From NCBI GenBank assembly GCA_965223385.1, contig CBDCWR010000006.1, forward strand, positions 27,369 to 91,368: a stretch of 64,000 bases of DNA, given 5' to 3'. This stretch comes from Candidatus Multivoraceae bacterium. Lineage in GTDB: Bacteria; Acidobacteriota; Thermoanaerobaculia; Multivoradales; Multivoraceae. The notes under the pieces are model-generated. The model was given only the letters and a program-made list of their open reading frames with translations. It was not told the origin of the DNA and made no database searches. This document shows, piece by piece, positions 55,965-64,000 of the stretch (its first letter is position 1; every line of letters begins with the position of its first letter). Position numbers and translations under genes: made by a program.

Positions 55965-58900
55965 TCAGCCGACGTAGATCATCTCGCTGGCCGCCAGGAT
56001 CACCTGGCACAGCCGGGTCCACGCGAAGAGCTCGCGCTCTTGCGCTGTGGTGGCGTCTGACGCGGCCCGCATCGCGTCGAGGAACTGCAGGCTCTCCTGC
56101 ACCTCGGTCTCCGTCGCCGGTCGCCCGTACGCGCGCACGAAGGCGGTCTCGACGCGACGGCTCGCCTGGCTCGACGACTCGAGCAGCCGCTCGGCGAAGC
56201 CCTCGGCCTGCTCCTCGACGAAGGGGCTGTTCATCATGAGCAGTGCCTGCGGCGGTACGACGGTCGACGAGCGCCGGCCGACGGAGTCGCTGGCGTCGCC
56301 GAAGTCGAAGCCCGTGAACACGTTGTAGATCGCGTTGCGCACCACGGGGAGGTAGACCGAGCGTCGCGGCGCCGCGTAGAAGTCGCCCTCGCCGAAGGTG
56401 GATCCCTCATCGAAGACGTAGCCCCGCGGGTCGTACTCCGCGACGCGCCCTCCCATCGTCAGATCGAGGCGCCCCGAGAGCTGCAGCAGCACGTCCCGGA
56501 TGGGCTCGGCCTCGAGCCGCTTGCGGTTCATGCGCCACAGATAGCGGTTCTGCTCGTCGACGGCCGTGTTGCTCGCGCTGTAGCTGCTGGACAGCTGGTA
56601 GGTGCTCGACAGCAGGATCTGCCGCTGGAGCTTCTTGATCGACCAGCCGTCGGTGGTGAACCTCCGCGCGAGATAGTCGAGCAGCTCGGGGTGGGAGGGT
56701 TTGCTTCCCGTCGTGCCGAAGTTGCTCGGCGTGTCGACGAGACCCCGGCCGAAGAGCCAGTGCCAGACCCGGTTCACGATCACCCGGGAGGTCAGTGGAT
56801 GCTCGGGATGGGTGATCCAACGCGCCAGCTCGAGGCGGCCGCTCGCGTCGCTCGGAACCGGTGGTTGGGGGACGACATGGTCGGTGACGCGGAGGAAGCC
56901 GCGCGGCACTTTGGTCTTTGCCAGGTTCAGATGGCTACCGCGGATGTGCACGGGAAGATCGACGGCCTCGTCCTCCTGGACGGCCATCACGTAGGGCGGT
57001 TCGGGCGGCACGAGCTTCTCGAGCCGTGCCACTTCGGCCTCGAGCCGTGCGAGCTCCTTGCGAGCTCCTTCGGGATACAGGGCCGCCTCGTCGTCCGGGT
57101 CGAGGCACACGATGCAGAAGTGCCGCCCGAGCCCGTCGCCGTAGAGGATCCAGCGCAGCTCCTCCTGCTCGCGGGGCAGCCCGCCGGCCTCCTTGCGCTC
57201 CTCTTCGCTCTGGGTGGCCAGGCGCATCTGATGCTCCTGCCAGGCGATGTCGACCACCGCGAAGAGGCTCTCGTACCGGTAGGCGAGCTGCTCGAGCGAG
57301 CGCGGCGCCGGCCCGCGCAGGATGCTGCGCGCGAGAGGCGGAATGAGCATCTTCTCGGACAGGACCTGGGTCCGCACGCGCTCGTAGGCTCCCGCCATGT
57401 CGCCGGGAGCGGCGGCGAGCCCGTTCCACACCTCGAACACGAGGTAGGGCTTGGGCGCGTCTCCCTGGGACGGCTTTCCCTCGCGGGTGCGCTGCAGCAC
57501 GCTCGCCCAGCGCTCGAGCACTGCAGCTTCGAGCGCGCGCACCTGCGCCACCTCGTCGATGACGTCGGGGCGCTCGGCCTCTTCGTCGTTGTTCTCGAGG
57601 GCGCGGAGGTAGGGGAGTGAGACGTCGTACACCTCTTCGGCGGCGAGCAGGTAGCGCGCGATGGCCTCGCGTCGCGGCGCGCGAAGCGGCGCGTCGTGGC
57701 TCCGGCGCAGCGCGGCGACCTCGGCCTTCGCCTCGCGCACCTCGTTCCGCGCCGCCTCGTACTCCTCGAGGGTCGCCTCGTCGGTGATCGGGCGCTCGAC
57801 CCAGCGCATGGCCGCGGCGTTCGCCATGGTGCGCGTGGAGCGGAGGATACCCGCCATGGCGTAGTAGTCGGACGTGGGGATCGGGTCGAACTTGTGGTCG
57901 TGGCAGCGGGCACAGCCGATGGGCTCGGCGAGGAACGCGCGCCCGATCGTGTGCACCTGCTCGTCGACGATGTCGATCAGGAGCTTCTCGCGGTCACGCT
58001 CCGCGAGCACCTTCGGACCCATCATGAGGAAGCCGGTGCCGGTCATCTGCTCGTACCGCTGCGCGTCGCTCGCTGCCGGCAGCAGGTCGCCGGCGATCTG
58101 CTCGTGCACGAACTGGTCGAACGGCTTGTCTTCGTTGAACGACTCGATCACGTAGTCGCGATAGCGGAAGGCATTGCGGTGGGCGATGTTCTCGTCGAGC
58201 CCGTTGGAGTCGGCGTAGCGGGCGATGTCGAGCCAGTGACGCCCCCAGCGCTCGCCGTAGCGCGGGGAAGCGAGCAGGCGATCGACCACCTTGGCGAAAG
58301 CCTGCGGGCTGTCGTCCGCGAGGAAGCTCCCGATCTCCTCTTCGGTGGGTGCGAGGCCGATGAGGTCGAACGTGACGCGGCGCAGCAGGGTGCGCTTGTC
58401 GGCCGGCGGGGCGGGCTCCAGGCCACGCGACTCGAGAGCCGAGAGCACGAAGCGGTCGAGGTCCCGCTGGACCCACTCTTCCGCTTCGACGTCGGGCGGC
58501 TGGGGTCGTGCGATGGCGCGGTACGCCCAGTGTTTGCGCCCCTCCGAGTAGTCGTACGTCTCGGCGGCCGACTTCTGTGCCATGACGGGGGTGTCGCCCC
58601 CCGCGCGCGGGTCGGGCGCGCCGCGCTTCACCCAGAGCTCGAAGTCGGCGATCACGTGTTGGGGCAGCTTCCCGGTCGGAGGCATCTGCGTGAGGCCGTC
58701 GTAGCGCAGGGCCTCGATGAGAAGACTGGCGTCCGGGTCACCCGGAACCACCACGGGGCCGCTGTCGCCACCGGCCATCAGACCCTCGGAGTGGGTGAGC
58801 ACGAGGCCGCCGAAGATCTTCTTGGGGTCCGCGCCGTGGCAGACGTAGCAGTTCTCCACGAGAACGGGGCGGATCTTCGACTCGAAGAGCTCGAGATCCT

Positions 58901-59009
58901 CGTCGGACAGGGAGCTCGACGCAGCCCATCCCGGGGCCACGAAGGGCGCGGCCAGAGCGACCAGGACGACCGCCCGAATGCAGGCTCGGAAAGGGTGCTT
59001 CATGAGCAC
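55965..59009 (-). CDS. PSD1/Planctomycete cytochrome c domain protein (DUF1549/DUF1553)
   Basis: CYVCH, YGERWGRHWLDIARY, CARCHDHKFDP, NRVW..LFGRG, PSHPELLD, PQAL.MMN. Start 59003 or 59009. Confidence 0.93.
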   Translation of the reverse strand: MLMKHPFRACIRAVVLVALAAPFVAPGWAASSSLSDEDLELFESKIRPVLVENCYVCHGADPKKIFGGLVLTHSEGLMAGGDSGPVVVPGDPDASLLIEALRYDGLTQMPPTGKLPQHVIADFELWVKRGAPDPRAGGDTPVMAQKSAAETYDYSEGRKHWAYRAIARPQPPDVEAEEWVQRDLDRFVLSALESRGLEPAPPADKRTLLRRVTFDLIGLAPTEEEIGSFLADDSPQAFAKVVDRLLASPRYGERWGRHWLDIARYADSNGLDENIAHRNAFRYRDYVIESFNEDKPFDQFVHEQIAGDLLPAASDAQRYEQMTGTGFLMMGPKVLAERDREKLLIDIVDEQVHTIGRAFLAEPIGCARCHDHKFDPIPTSDYYAMAGILRSTRTMANAAAMRWVERPITDEATLEEYEAARNEVREAKAEVAALRRSHDAPLRAPRREAIARYLLAAEEVYDVSLPYLRALENNDEEAERPDVIDEVAQVRALEAAVLERWASVLQRTREGKPSQGDAPKPYLVFEVWNGLAAAPGDMAGAYERVRTQVLSEKMLIPPLARSILRGPAPRSLEQLAYRYESLFAVVDIAWQEHQMRLATQSEEERKEAGGLPREQEELRWILYGDGLGRHFCIVCLDPDDEAALYPEGARKELARLEAEVARLEKLVPPEPPYVMAVQEDEAVDLPVHIRGSHLNLAKTKVPRGFLRVTDHVVPQPPVPSDASGRLELARWITHPEHPLTSRVIVNRVWHWLFGRGLVDTPSNFGTTGSKPSHPELLDYLARRFTTDGWSIKKLQRQILLSSTYQLSSSYSASNTAVDEQNRYLWRMNRKRLEAEPIRDVLLQLSGRLDLTMGGRVAEYDPRGYVFDEGSTFGEGDFYAAPRRSVYLPVVRNAIYNVFTGFDFGDASDSVGRRSSTVVPPQALLMMNSPFVEEQAEGFAERLLESSSQASRRVETAFVRAYGRPATETEVQESLQFLDAMRAASDATTAQERELFAWTRLCQVILAASEMIYVG

Positions 59010-59059
59010 GGGATGTCCGTGATTGGTGGAGTTTCAGCCGCCGATCGTACCAATCCGAG

Positions 59060-59088
59060 TTGCGACTGCTCGAGTGGGTCCGTATATT
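59060..59088 (+). promoter_or_regulatory. Candidate sigma70 promoter for the TonB receptor gene
   Basis: TTGCGA-17 bp-TATATT in the divergent intergenic region, 37 bp before ATG 59126. Confidence 0.5.
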
Positions 59089-59125
59089 GAGTCGCCGAAA
59101 TCACTGAAAAACCGGGAGATCGCGC

Positions 59126-61933
59126 ATGAAGAGCTCCAGAGGTCGTTGCAGCCTGCAGATCCCTCTCCTCCTGCTGCTGGCAGGGTTCTGCCTCCTCGGT
59201 TCTGCGACCTCCGCGGTGGCTCAGACGACCGGCAGCTTGAAGGGTGTCGTGCGCGATCAGGAGGGAGCCCCCCTCCCGGGTGTCCTCGTGACCGCCACCA
59301 GTGAGACGCGAGGCGTGGCGCGCTCGGCGGTCACCAGTCCGACCGGCTCGTACGCCATGACGTCGCTGCTCGTCGACAACTACACGGTCAAGGCCGTGCT
59401 CGAGGGCTTCCAGGAGCAGACGGTCGAAGGCGTCCGCGTGGGCCTGGGCTCGGCCGTGTCGCTCGACCTCGTCATGCCGCTCGCGACCGTGGAAGAGGTG
59501 ATCACCGTCGCGGGTGCGCCGATTCTCGATGTCACGAGCTCGAGCGTGGACACCTCCTTCACGGCGGAGTTCATCGAGGACCTCCCGACCACGCGCAACT
59601 TCTACGACATGATGGCCGTCGCGCCCGGGATCAGCCAGGGCTCGGAAGGCTCGACCGCCCTCTCCGCGTACGGCTCGAGCATCGCCTCGAACAGCTGGAA
59701 CATCGACGGTCAGAACACCACCAACGCCGACACCGGCAACGCCTGGTGGTACATCAACCCGCAGACGATCGAGGAGATCCAGGTGCTCGCGGTGGGTGCC
59801 CCGGCGGAGTACGGCAACATGTCTGGCGCGGCCCTCAACGTGGTCACGAAAAGTGGTACCAACGATCTGGCGGGTAGCTTCAGCGCCTACCTCCAAGCCG
59901 ACAGCGCGACCTCGACCAACGCCGACATCAACGGCATCGAGTACGAGCGTGACGAGTTCCGCGATCTCAGCTTCACGCTCGGCGGTCCGATCGTGAGGGA
60001 CAAACTGTGGTTCTTCGGCGCGTATCAGGAATCGCGCGACTCGTTCTCCGAGCCTGGAGTGGACCCGAACTTCCCGACGAGCTTCCCGTCCGACCGCTAC
60101 GACGTGAAGTTCAACGCACAGTTCAGCGACAACACGTCGCTCGACGCGAAGTACCACTACGAAAACTACGACTGGGTCTTCGCCGATCCGTTCCTGACGC
60201 CGGATGCGACGGGTGTGGAGACCGGCAAGAATCCGGCGTGGGGAGCCGGCCTCCAGCACCTCTTTGGGAGCTCGACTCTGTTCGAGGCCCGGTACGCGGG
60301 CTACTCGGGAGACGACGACTGGGTCTCGAGCACGGGCTCTTTTGCGGACCCCTTCATCGACTACTCACCCCCCGGTGGAGGACCGGCAGTGCAGAGCGAA
60401 GGGATCTGGTATCCGTATCGTTGGGATCTCGCCAACGACCAGGCCGACGTGAAGCTGTCCACGCACGCCGCCGACTTCCTCGGTGGCGATCACGAGTTCA
60501 AGTTCGGCATCACCTTCAGTCGGGGTGAGGGCGACACGATCGTCGCGGGCGGCGAGAACGGCGTGTACTTCTACCGCTACGAGTACAGCTACGAGTACTA
60601 CGGCTACACCTACACGACGCCGTACTACTACCGCGTCACGGCGCGTCCGTACCACTACGGCGCCGAGACCGAGACGATCTCCGCCTTCGTGCAGGACTCG
60701 TGGCAGATCGGCGACCGTCTCACGCTCAACGTCGGAGTCCGTTACGACGACGTGAGCTCCGACATTCCCGACTTCCCGCGTCTCAACCAGGATTGGACGG
60801 AGACGGGCGACATCATCCCCGGGCTGCGCAACGCGGTCGAATGGAGCAACGTCTCGCCGCGGCTCGGCTTCGCCTACCAGGTGGGAGACGCGGGTGTCCT
60901 CCGCGGCTTCTACGGCAAGTTCTTCGACGGCAACGTCACGGGCAACTGGTACGCACCACCCCCCGATGCGCCGAGCTACCTCTATGAGTTCTCGGCGAAT
61001 CGCGACGGACCTTGGACGCCGTTTTTCCTCTTCGAGCAGCTCGGCACCACGGTGGACCCAGACCTCGATCCACCCGAGACCGATCAGTACACCCTCGGCT
61101 ACGAGCAGCGGATCGGGCGCAACATGACCCTCGGGCTCCAGCTGATCCACAAGGAGACCGAGAACCTCATCGGATGGGAGATCCTCGGGGACGGGGTGTA
61201 CGAGCTCGTCCCGTGGACCAACCCGATCACGGGCGAGGTGGTCAACCTGCGCTCGATCATCGAGCAGCCGTCCACCCGCAAGGGCAACCGCCCCGGTGCC
61301 GGGTCGGCCGCGCCGGACGAGGTGTACAACCAGGAGTTCGACGGTGCGACGCTGAGCTTCAACAAGCGCTACTCGGCGGGCTGGAGCATGCAGGCGTCGT
61401 ACACCTGGTCCGATTCGGAGGGTTTCATTCCCCGGCCGCTCTCGCAGAGCCAGGGGGCTCCCTTCTATGCGGGCGGTGAAGGTCGCGATCCGAACAACTG
61501 GATCAACGCGAACCAGGCGCTGCAGAACCAGCGCGAGCACGTCTTCCAGGCGCAGGCCAACTTCGATTTGCCGTGGAGCCTGAACGCGAACGTCATCTAT
61601 CGCTATCTGGACGGCCGGCCGTTCAACCGACAGGTGCAGGTGGGTGCCGCCTCCTCCGCGTCACCTCTCAACCAGGGAATCCAGACGGTGATCGCGGTTC
61701 CTGCCAGCAACGACAGCACGCTGCCGAGCCAGAACGTCCTCGATCTCGGTGTTGGCCGGAGGTTCGTCACGGGGCCGGTCAACCTCAAGGTCGACGTGCA
61801 GGTCCTGAACCTCTTCAACGAGGACTCGAACGACTTCTGGCAGACGCTCGTGGTCAACCCGGGGAGCAACTACGTCGCGAGCGACTTCATCACGCCGCGA
61901 CGTCTGATGCTGCGTCTGGGCGTCGAGTTCTGA
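59126..61933 (+). CDS. TonB-dependent (Oar-like) outer-membrane receptor with carboxypeptidase regulatory-like N-domain
   Basis: G.V.DQ.GAPLPGV.V, LP..RNF, AEYG, NVVTKSGTN, GGPIVRDKLWFF, NVGVRYD, SPRLGFAY, C-terminal Phe. Confidence 0.93.
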   Translation: MKSSRGRCSLQIPLLLLLAGFCLLGSATSAVAQTTGSLKGVVRDQEGAPLPGVLVTATSETRGVARSAVTSPTGSYAMTSLLVDNYTVKAVLEGFQEQTVEGVRVGLGSAVSLDLVMPLATVEEVITVAGAPILDVTSSSVDTSFTAEFIEDLPTTRNFYDMMAVAPGISQGSEGSTALSAYGSSIASNSWNIDGQNTTNADTGNAWWYINPQTIEEIQVLAVGAPAEYGNMSGAALNVVTKSGTNDLAGSFSAYLQADSATSTNADINGIEYERDEFRDLSFTLGGPIVRDKLWFFGAYQESRDSFSEPGVDPNFPTSFPSDRYDVKFNAQFSDNTSLDAKYHYENYDWVFADPFLTPDATGVETGKNPAWGAGLQHLFGSSTLFEARYAGYSGDDDWVSSTGSFADPFIDYSPPGGGPAVQSEGIWYPYRWDLANDQADVKLSTHAADFLGGDHEFKFGITFSRGEGDTIVAGGENGVYFYRYEYSYEYYGYTYTTPYYYRVTARPYHYGAETETISAFVQDSWQIGDRLTLNVGVRYDDVSSDIPDFPRLNQDWTETGDIIPGLRNAVEWSNVSPRLGFAYQVGDAGVLRGFYGKFFDGNVTGNWYAPPPDAPSYLYEFSANRDGPWTPFFLFEQLGTTVDPDLDPPETDQYTLGYEQRIGRNMTLGLQLIHKETENLIGWEILGDGVYELVPWTNPITGEVVNLRSIIEQPSTRKGNRPGAGSAAPDEVYNQEFDGATLSFNKRYSAGWSMQASYTWSDSEGFIPRPLSQSQGAPFYAGGEGRDPNNWINANQALQNQREHVFQAQANFDLPWSLNANVIYRYLDGRPFNRQVQVGAASSASPLNQGIQTVIAVPASNDSTLPSQNVLDLGVGRRFVTGPVNLKVDVQVLNLFNEDSNDFWQTLVVNPGSNYVASDFITPRRLMLRLGVEF

Positions 61934-62191
61934 TCGTTCGAGAGCCTTGGCTCTCGATCGCTCAGGTGTCGGCCTCGCCGCCCTTGGGCGGCGCAGCCAG
62001 ACTGTTAGGCGAGTGCCGCGGTTCCGGGCTCTCGATGGTCTATGTGTCGGCTCCGCCACCCCGAGGGGTGGCATCTAGACTTCTAGTGCTGGTCCCCTGT
62101 TGGCCTGGGTGAACCCCGCGCGGCTCGAGACCAGCCACGTCGAGGCGGTCCGCAAGGTGGTCGAATCACTCGACGCCGACCGGGAGGGCAG

Positions 62192-63049
62192 TTAGCCTCC
62201 CGCCCGGGAACGTGAGGTTGCCGACCTTGCCGCTCTCCGGTAGAGGACACCCCTCCGGGTCGAGAACGTCTGGTCGTCCCAGACGGCCGCTGTCGCGAAC
62301 AGGTCTCCGTCCGGAGCGACCGTGCACGAAAAGCAGCCGCGGTCTGCAGCGACCGTTTCCAGGACACTCCCCTCCAGAGACACCCGACGGCAGTGACGGT
62401 TGGGGACGTCTGCGTACCAGATGCTGTGGTTCTCGGCCTGGCAAAGACCGTCAGGGGCGGCGCCCGCAATCTCCGCGACGGTCTTGCGCTCGGTGAGGTC
62501 GCCGTCCGGCTGGATCCGGAACGACGTGATGCGTCCGGCGTGAGACTCGGCGACCACGAGGCGGGAGCCATCGCACACGATGACCATACCGTTCGGAAAC
62601 GCGAGATCATCGGCGACTTTGCGGACCGTCCCGTCTGGGGCAACCATGGCGATCTGGCCGAGCCGCGGCGCCTCGCCGGCCATCATGTCGAAGCCGATGC
62701 CGTTGACGAAGGTCCAGCCAGCCGGATGAGCGGCAATCTCGTTCCAGGGCGACGGCGACACCGCTGAGAGGTCCGCCACCGTCTCGAAGCCTCCATCGTG
62801 CTCACGACACAGGCGTCGGTTTGCGCCTTCGACGACCAATAGGCGTCCGGACGGGTCCCAGTCGATGCTGATCGGGAATCCCTCGAAGCGAGCGTGCGTC
62901 CGAGTGTCGCTGCCATCGGGACGGACGCTGCGGATCTCGCCGTCGAGCCAGTCGCAGTACCAGATGCGACCGCCGTGCCAGCGCGGCGACTCGCCGAGCC
63001 CGATGTCGTCGTCGATCGGCTCCCAGTCGTCGGACACCGTCAGCTCCAC
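62192..63049 (-). CDS. SMP-30/gluconolactonase/LRE family protein
   Basis: GESPRW, PWNE, FPNG, PDG. Confidence 0.88.
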   Translation of the reverse strand: MELTVSDDWEPIDDDIGLGESPRWHGGRIWYCDWLDGEIRSVRPDGSDTRTHARFEGFPISIDWDPSGRLLVVEGANRRLCREHDGGFETVADLSAVSPSPWNEIAAHPAGWTFVNGIGFDMMAGEAPRLGQIAMVAPDGTVRKVADDLAFPNGMVIVCDGSRLVVAESHAGRITSFRIQPDGDLTERKTVAEIAGAAPDGLCQAENHSIWYADVPNRHCRRVSLEGSVLETVAADRGCFSCTVAPDGDLFATAAVWDDQTFSTRRGVLYRRAARSATSRSRAGG

Positions 63050-63822
63050 ATGTTGGAGCCGCCGCAGACGGTCAGGGCCTGGCCCGTCATGTAGGCACTG
63101 GCATCCGAGGCGAGGAAGACGGCGAGGCCCTTGAGGTCTTCCGACTCGCCGAGGCGGCGGAGGGGGATGGCGGTCTCGGCGCGCTTCTTGGCTTCGGGGT
63201 TGTCCCAGAGGGCCTTGGCGAAGTCGGTCTTGATGAGCCCCGGGCAGATGGCGTTCACACGGACACCGCTCGGCCCGAGCTCGGCGGCGAGGTTGCGCAC
63301 GAGGGCGATGTCGGCGAGCTTCGAGATGTTGTAGGTGCCCAACGTCGTCGAAGGAGAGAAGGCACCGACGGATGCGGTGATCATGATGGAGCCGCTGCCC
63401 TTCTCGACCATGTCGGGGGCCACCATCTGGCAGAGCCAGTGGTTGGAGCGCACGTTGCTCTCCATCGTCTTGTCGAAGGCCCAGTCGGGGATCTCCGACA
63501 TCGGTCCGTAAAAGGGGTTCACGCCCGCGTTACCGACCAGGATGTCGATGGGGCCAAAGGCGTCGTGGGTGGCCTTCACGAGGCCCTCGAGCTGCTCTTT
63601 GTAGCCGATGTTGCAGGCCACCGCGACGGCGCTTCCGTCACCACACCTGTCGTTGATTCTCTGGGCGGTCTCCTGGCAGCCTTCGAGCTTCCGGCTCGAG
63701 ATCACGACCTTCGCCCCCTGCTCGGCCAGACCTTCGGCCATCGCCTCGCCCATGCCCTTCGAAGCTCCCGTGAGCAGGGCCACTTTGCCGGTGAGGTCGA
63801 ACAGCTCACGCGTCGTCTTCAT
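63040..63822 (-). CDS. Short-chain dehydrogenase/reductase (DHRS4-like)
   Basis: TGASKGMG, GNAG, YNISK, VNAICPG; GGAG RBS before ATG 63822. Confidence 0.92.
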   Translation of the reverse strand: MKTTRELFDLTGKVALLTGASKGMGEAMAEGLAEQGAKVVISSRKLEGCQETAQRINDRCGDGSAVAVACNIGYKEQLEGLVKATHDAFGPIDILVGNAGVNPFYGPMSEIPDWAFDKTMESNVRSNHWLCQMVAPDMVEKGSGSIMITASVGAFSPSTTLGTYNISKLADIALVRNLAAELGPSGVRVNAICPGLIKTDFAKALWDNPEAKKRAETAIPLRRLGESEDLKGLAVFLASDASAYMTGQALTVCGGSNMWS

Positions 63823-63860
63823 GCCACTCTCCTGGTTGGTGAGGCGCGATGGTACCGCGC

Positions 63861-63998
63861 TCAAAGCAACTCTTCGGCCATGCGTCGCAGCTGCGCCTTC
63901 TGGACCTTCGTGCCGTTTGCGCTGGCCGTCGTCGGGAAGGCGCTCAGGAAGAAGACGCGACCGGGCACCTTGTACTTCGCGAGCGCGGTCGCGCAGTG
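63861..63998 (-). CDS. C-terminal fragment of an AMP-binding acyl-CoA synthetase
   Basis: Manual translation HCATALAKYKVPGRVFFLSAFPTTASANGTKVQKAQLRRMAEELL* matches the ANL C-terminal YKVP...P....G.K..K..LR pattern. Confidence 0.8.
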   Translation of the reverse strand, partial: HCATALAKYKVPGRVFFLSAFPTTASANGTKVQKAQLRRMAEELL

Positions 63999-64000
63999 CT

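Noticed and set aside
1-64000. Very high frequency of TCGA/CTCGAG as a possible signal
   Set aside because: Explained by preferred CTC/GTC/ATC/TTC codons followed by GAG/GAC; I saw no positional pattern.

Overview
High-GC bacterial chromosomal segment (a hand count of a typical line, 35401-35460, gives 42/60 G+C) with about 45 genes. I saw no rRNA, tRNA, CRISPR array, integrase or transposase. The gene repertoire points to an Acidobacteriota, probably Thermoanaerobaculia-like, heterotroph (inference). It includes a Ser/Thr kinase with a TolB-like propeller, PQQ propellers, an Oar-like TonB receptor, a PSD1/DUF1501 pair, three family III CoA-transferases, LLM oxidoreductases and many lipoproteins. 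Four things stand out. (1) A compositionally foreign two-gene island (~36430-40460) encodes a 997-aa helical protein with an intact HExxH...EGxA gluzincin-type site, translationally coupled to a 169-aa protein ending in a Trypco/Pepco-like beta-hairpin; it is a candidate protease-gated defence or conflict system. (2) A structured three-hairpin intergenic repeat family (52034-52757 and 54300-54512) shows compensatory base changes, GNA/GNRA loops, a 96-bp tandem array, a constant orientation directly behind TAG stop codons, and a perfect 42-bp palindrome that incorporates a gene end. (3) A stand-alone tandem PARP-type zinc-finger protein. (4) An uncharacterised secreted protein + lipoprotein gene pair. 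All family assignments are by-eye motif recognition; no searches were run.
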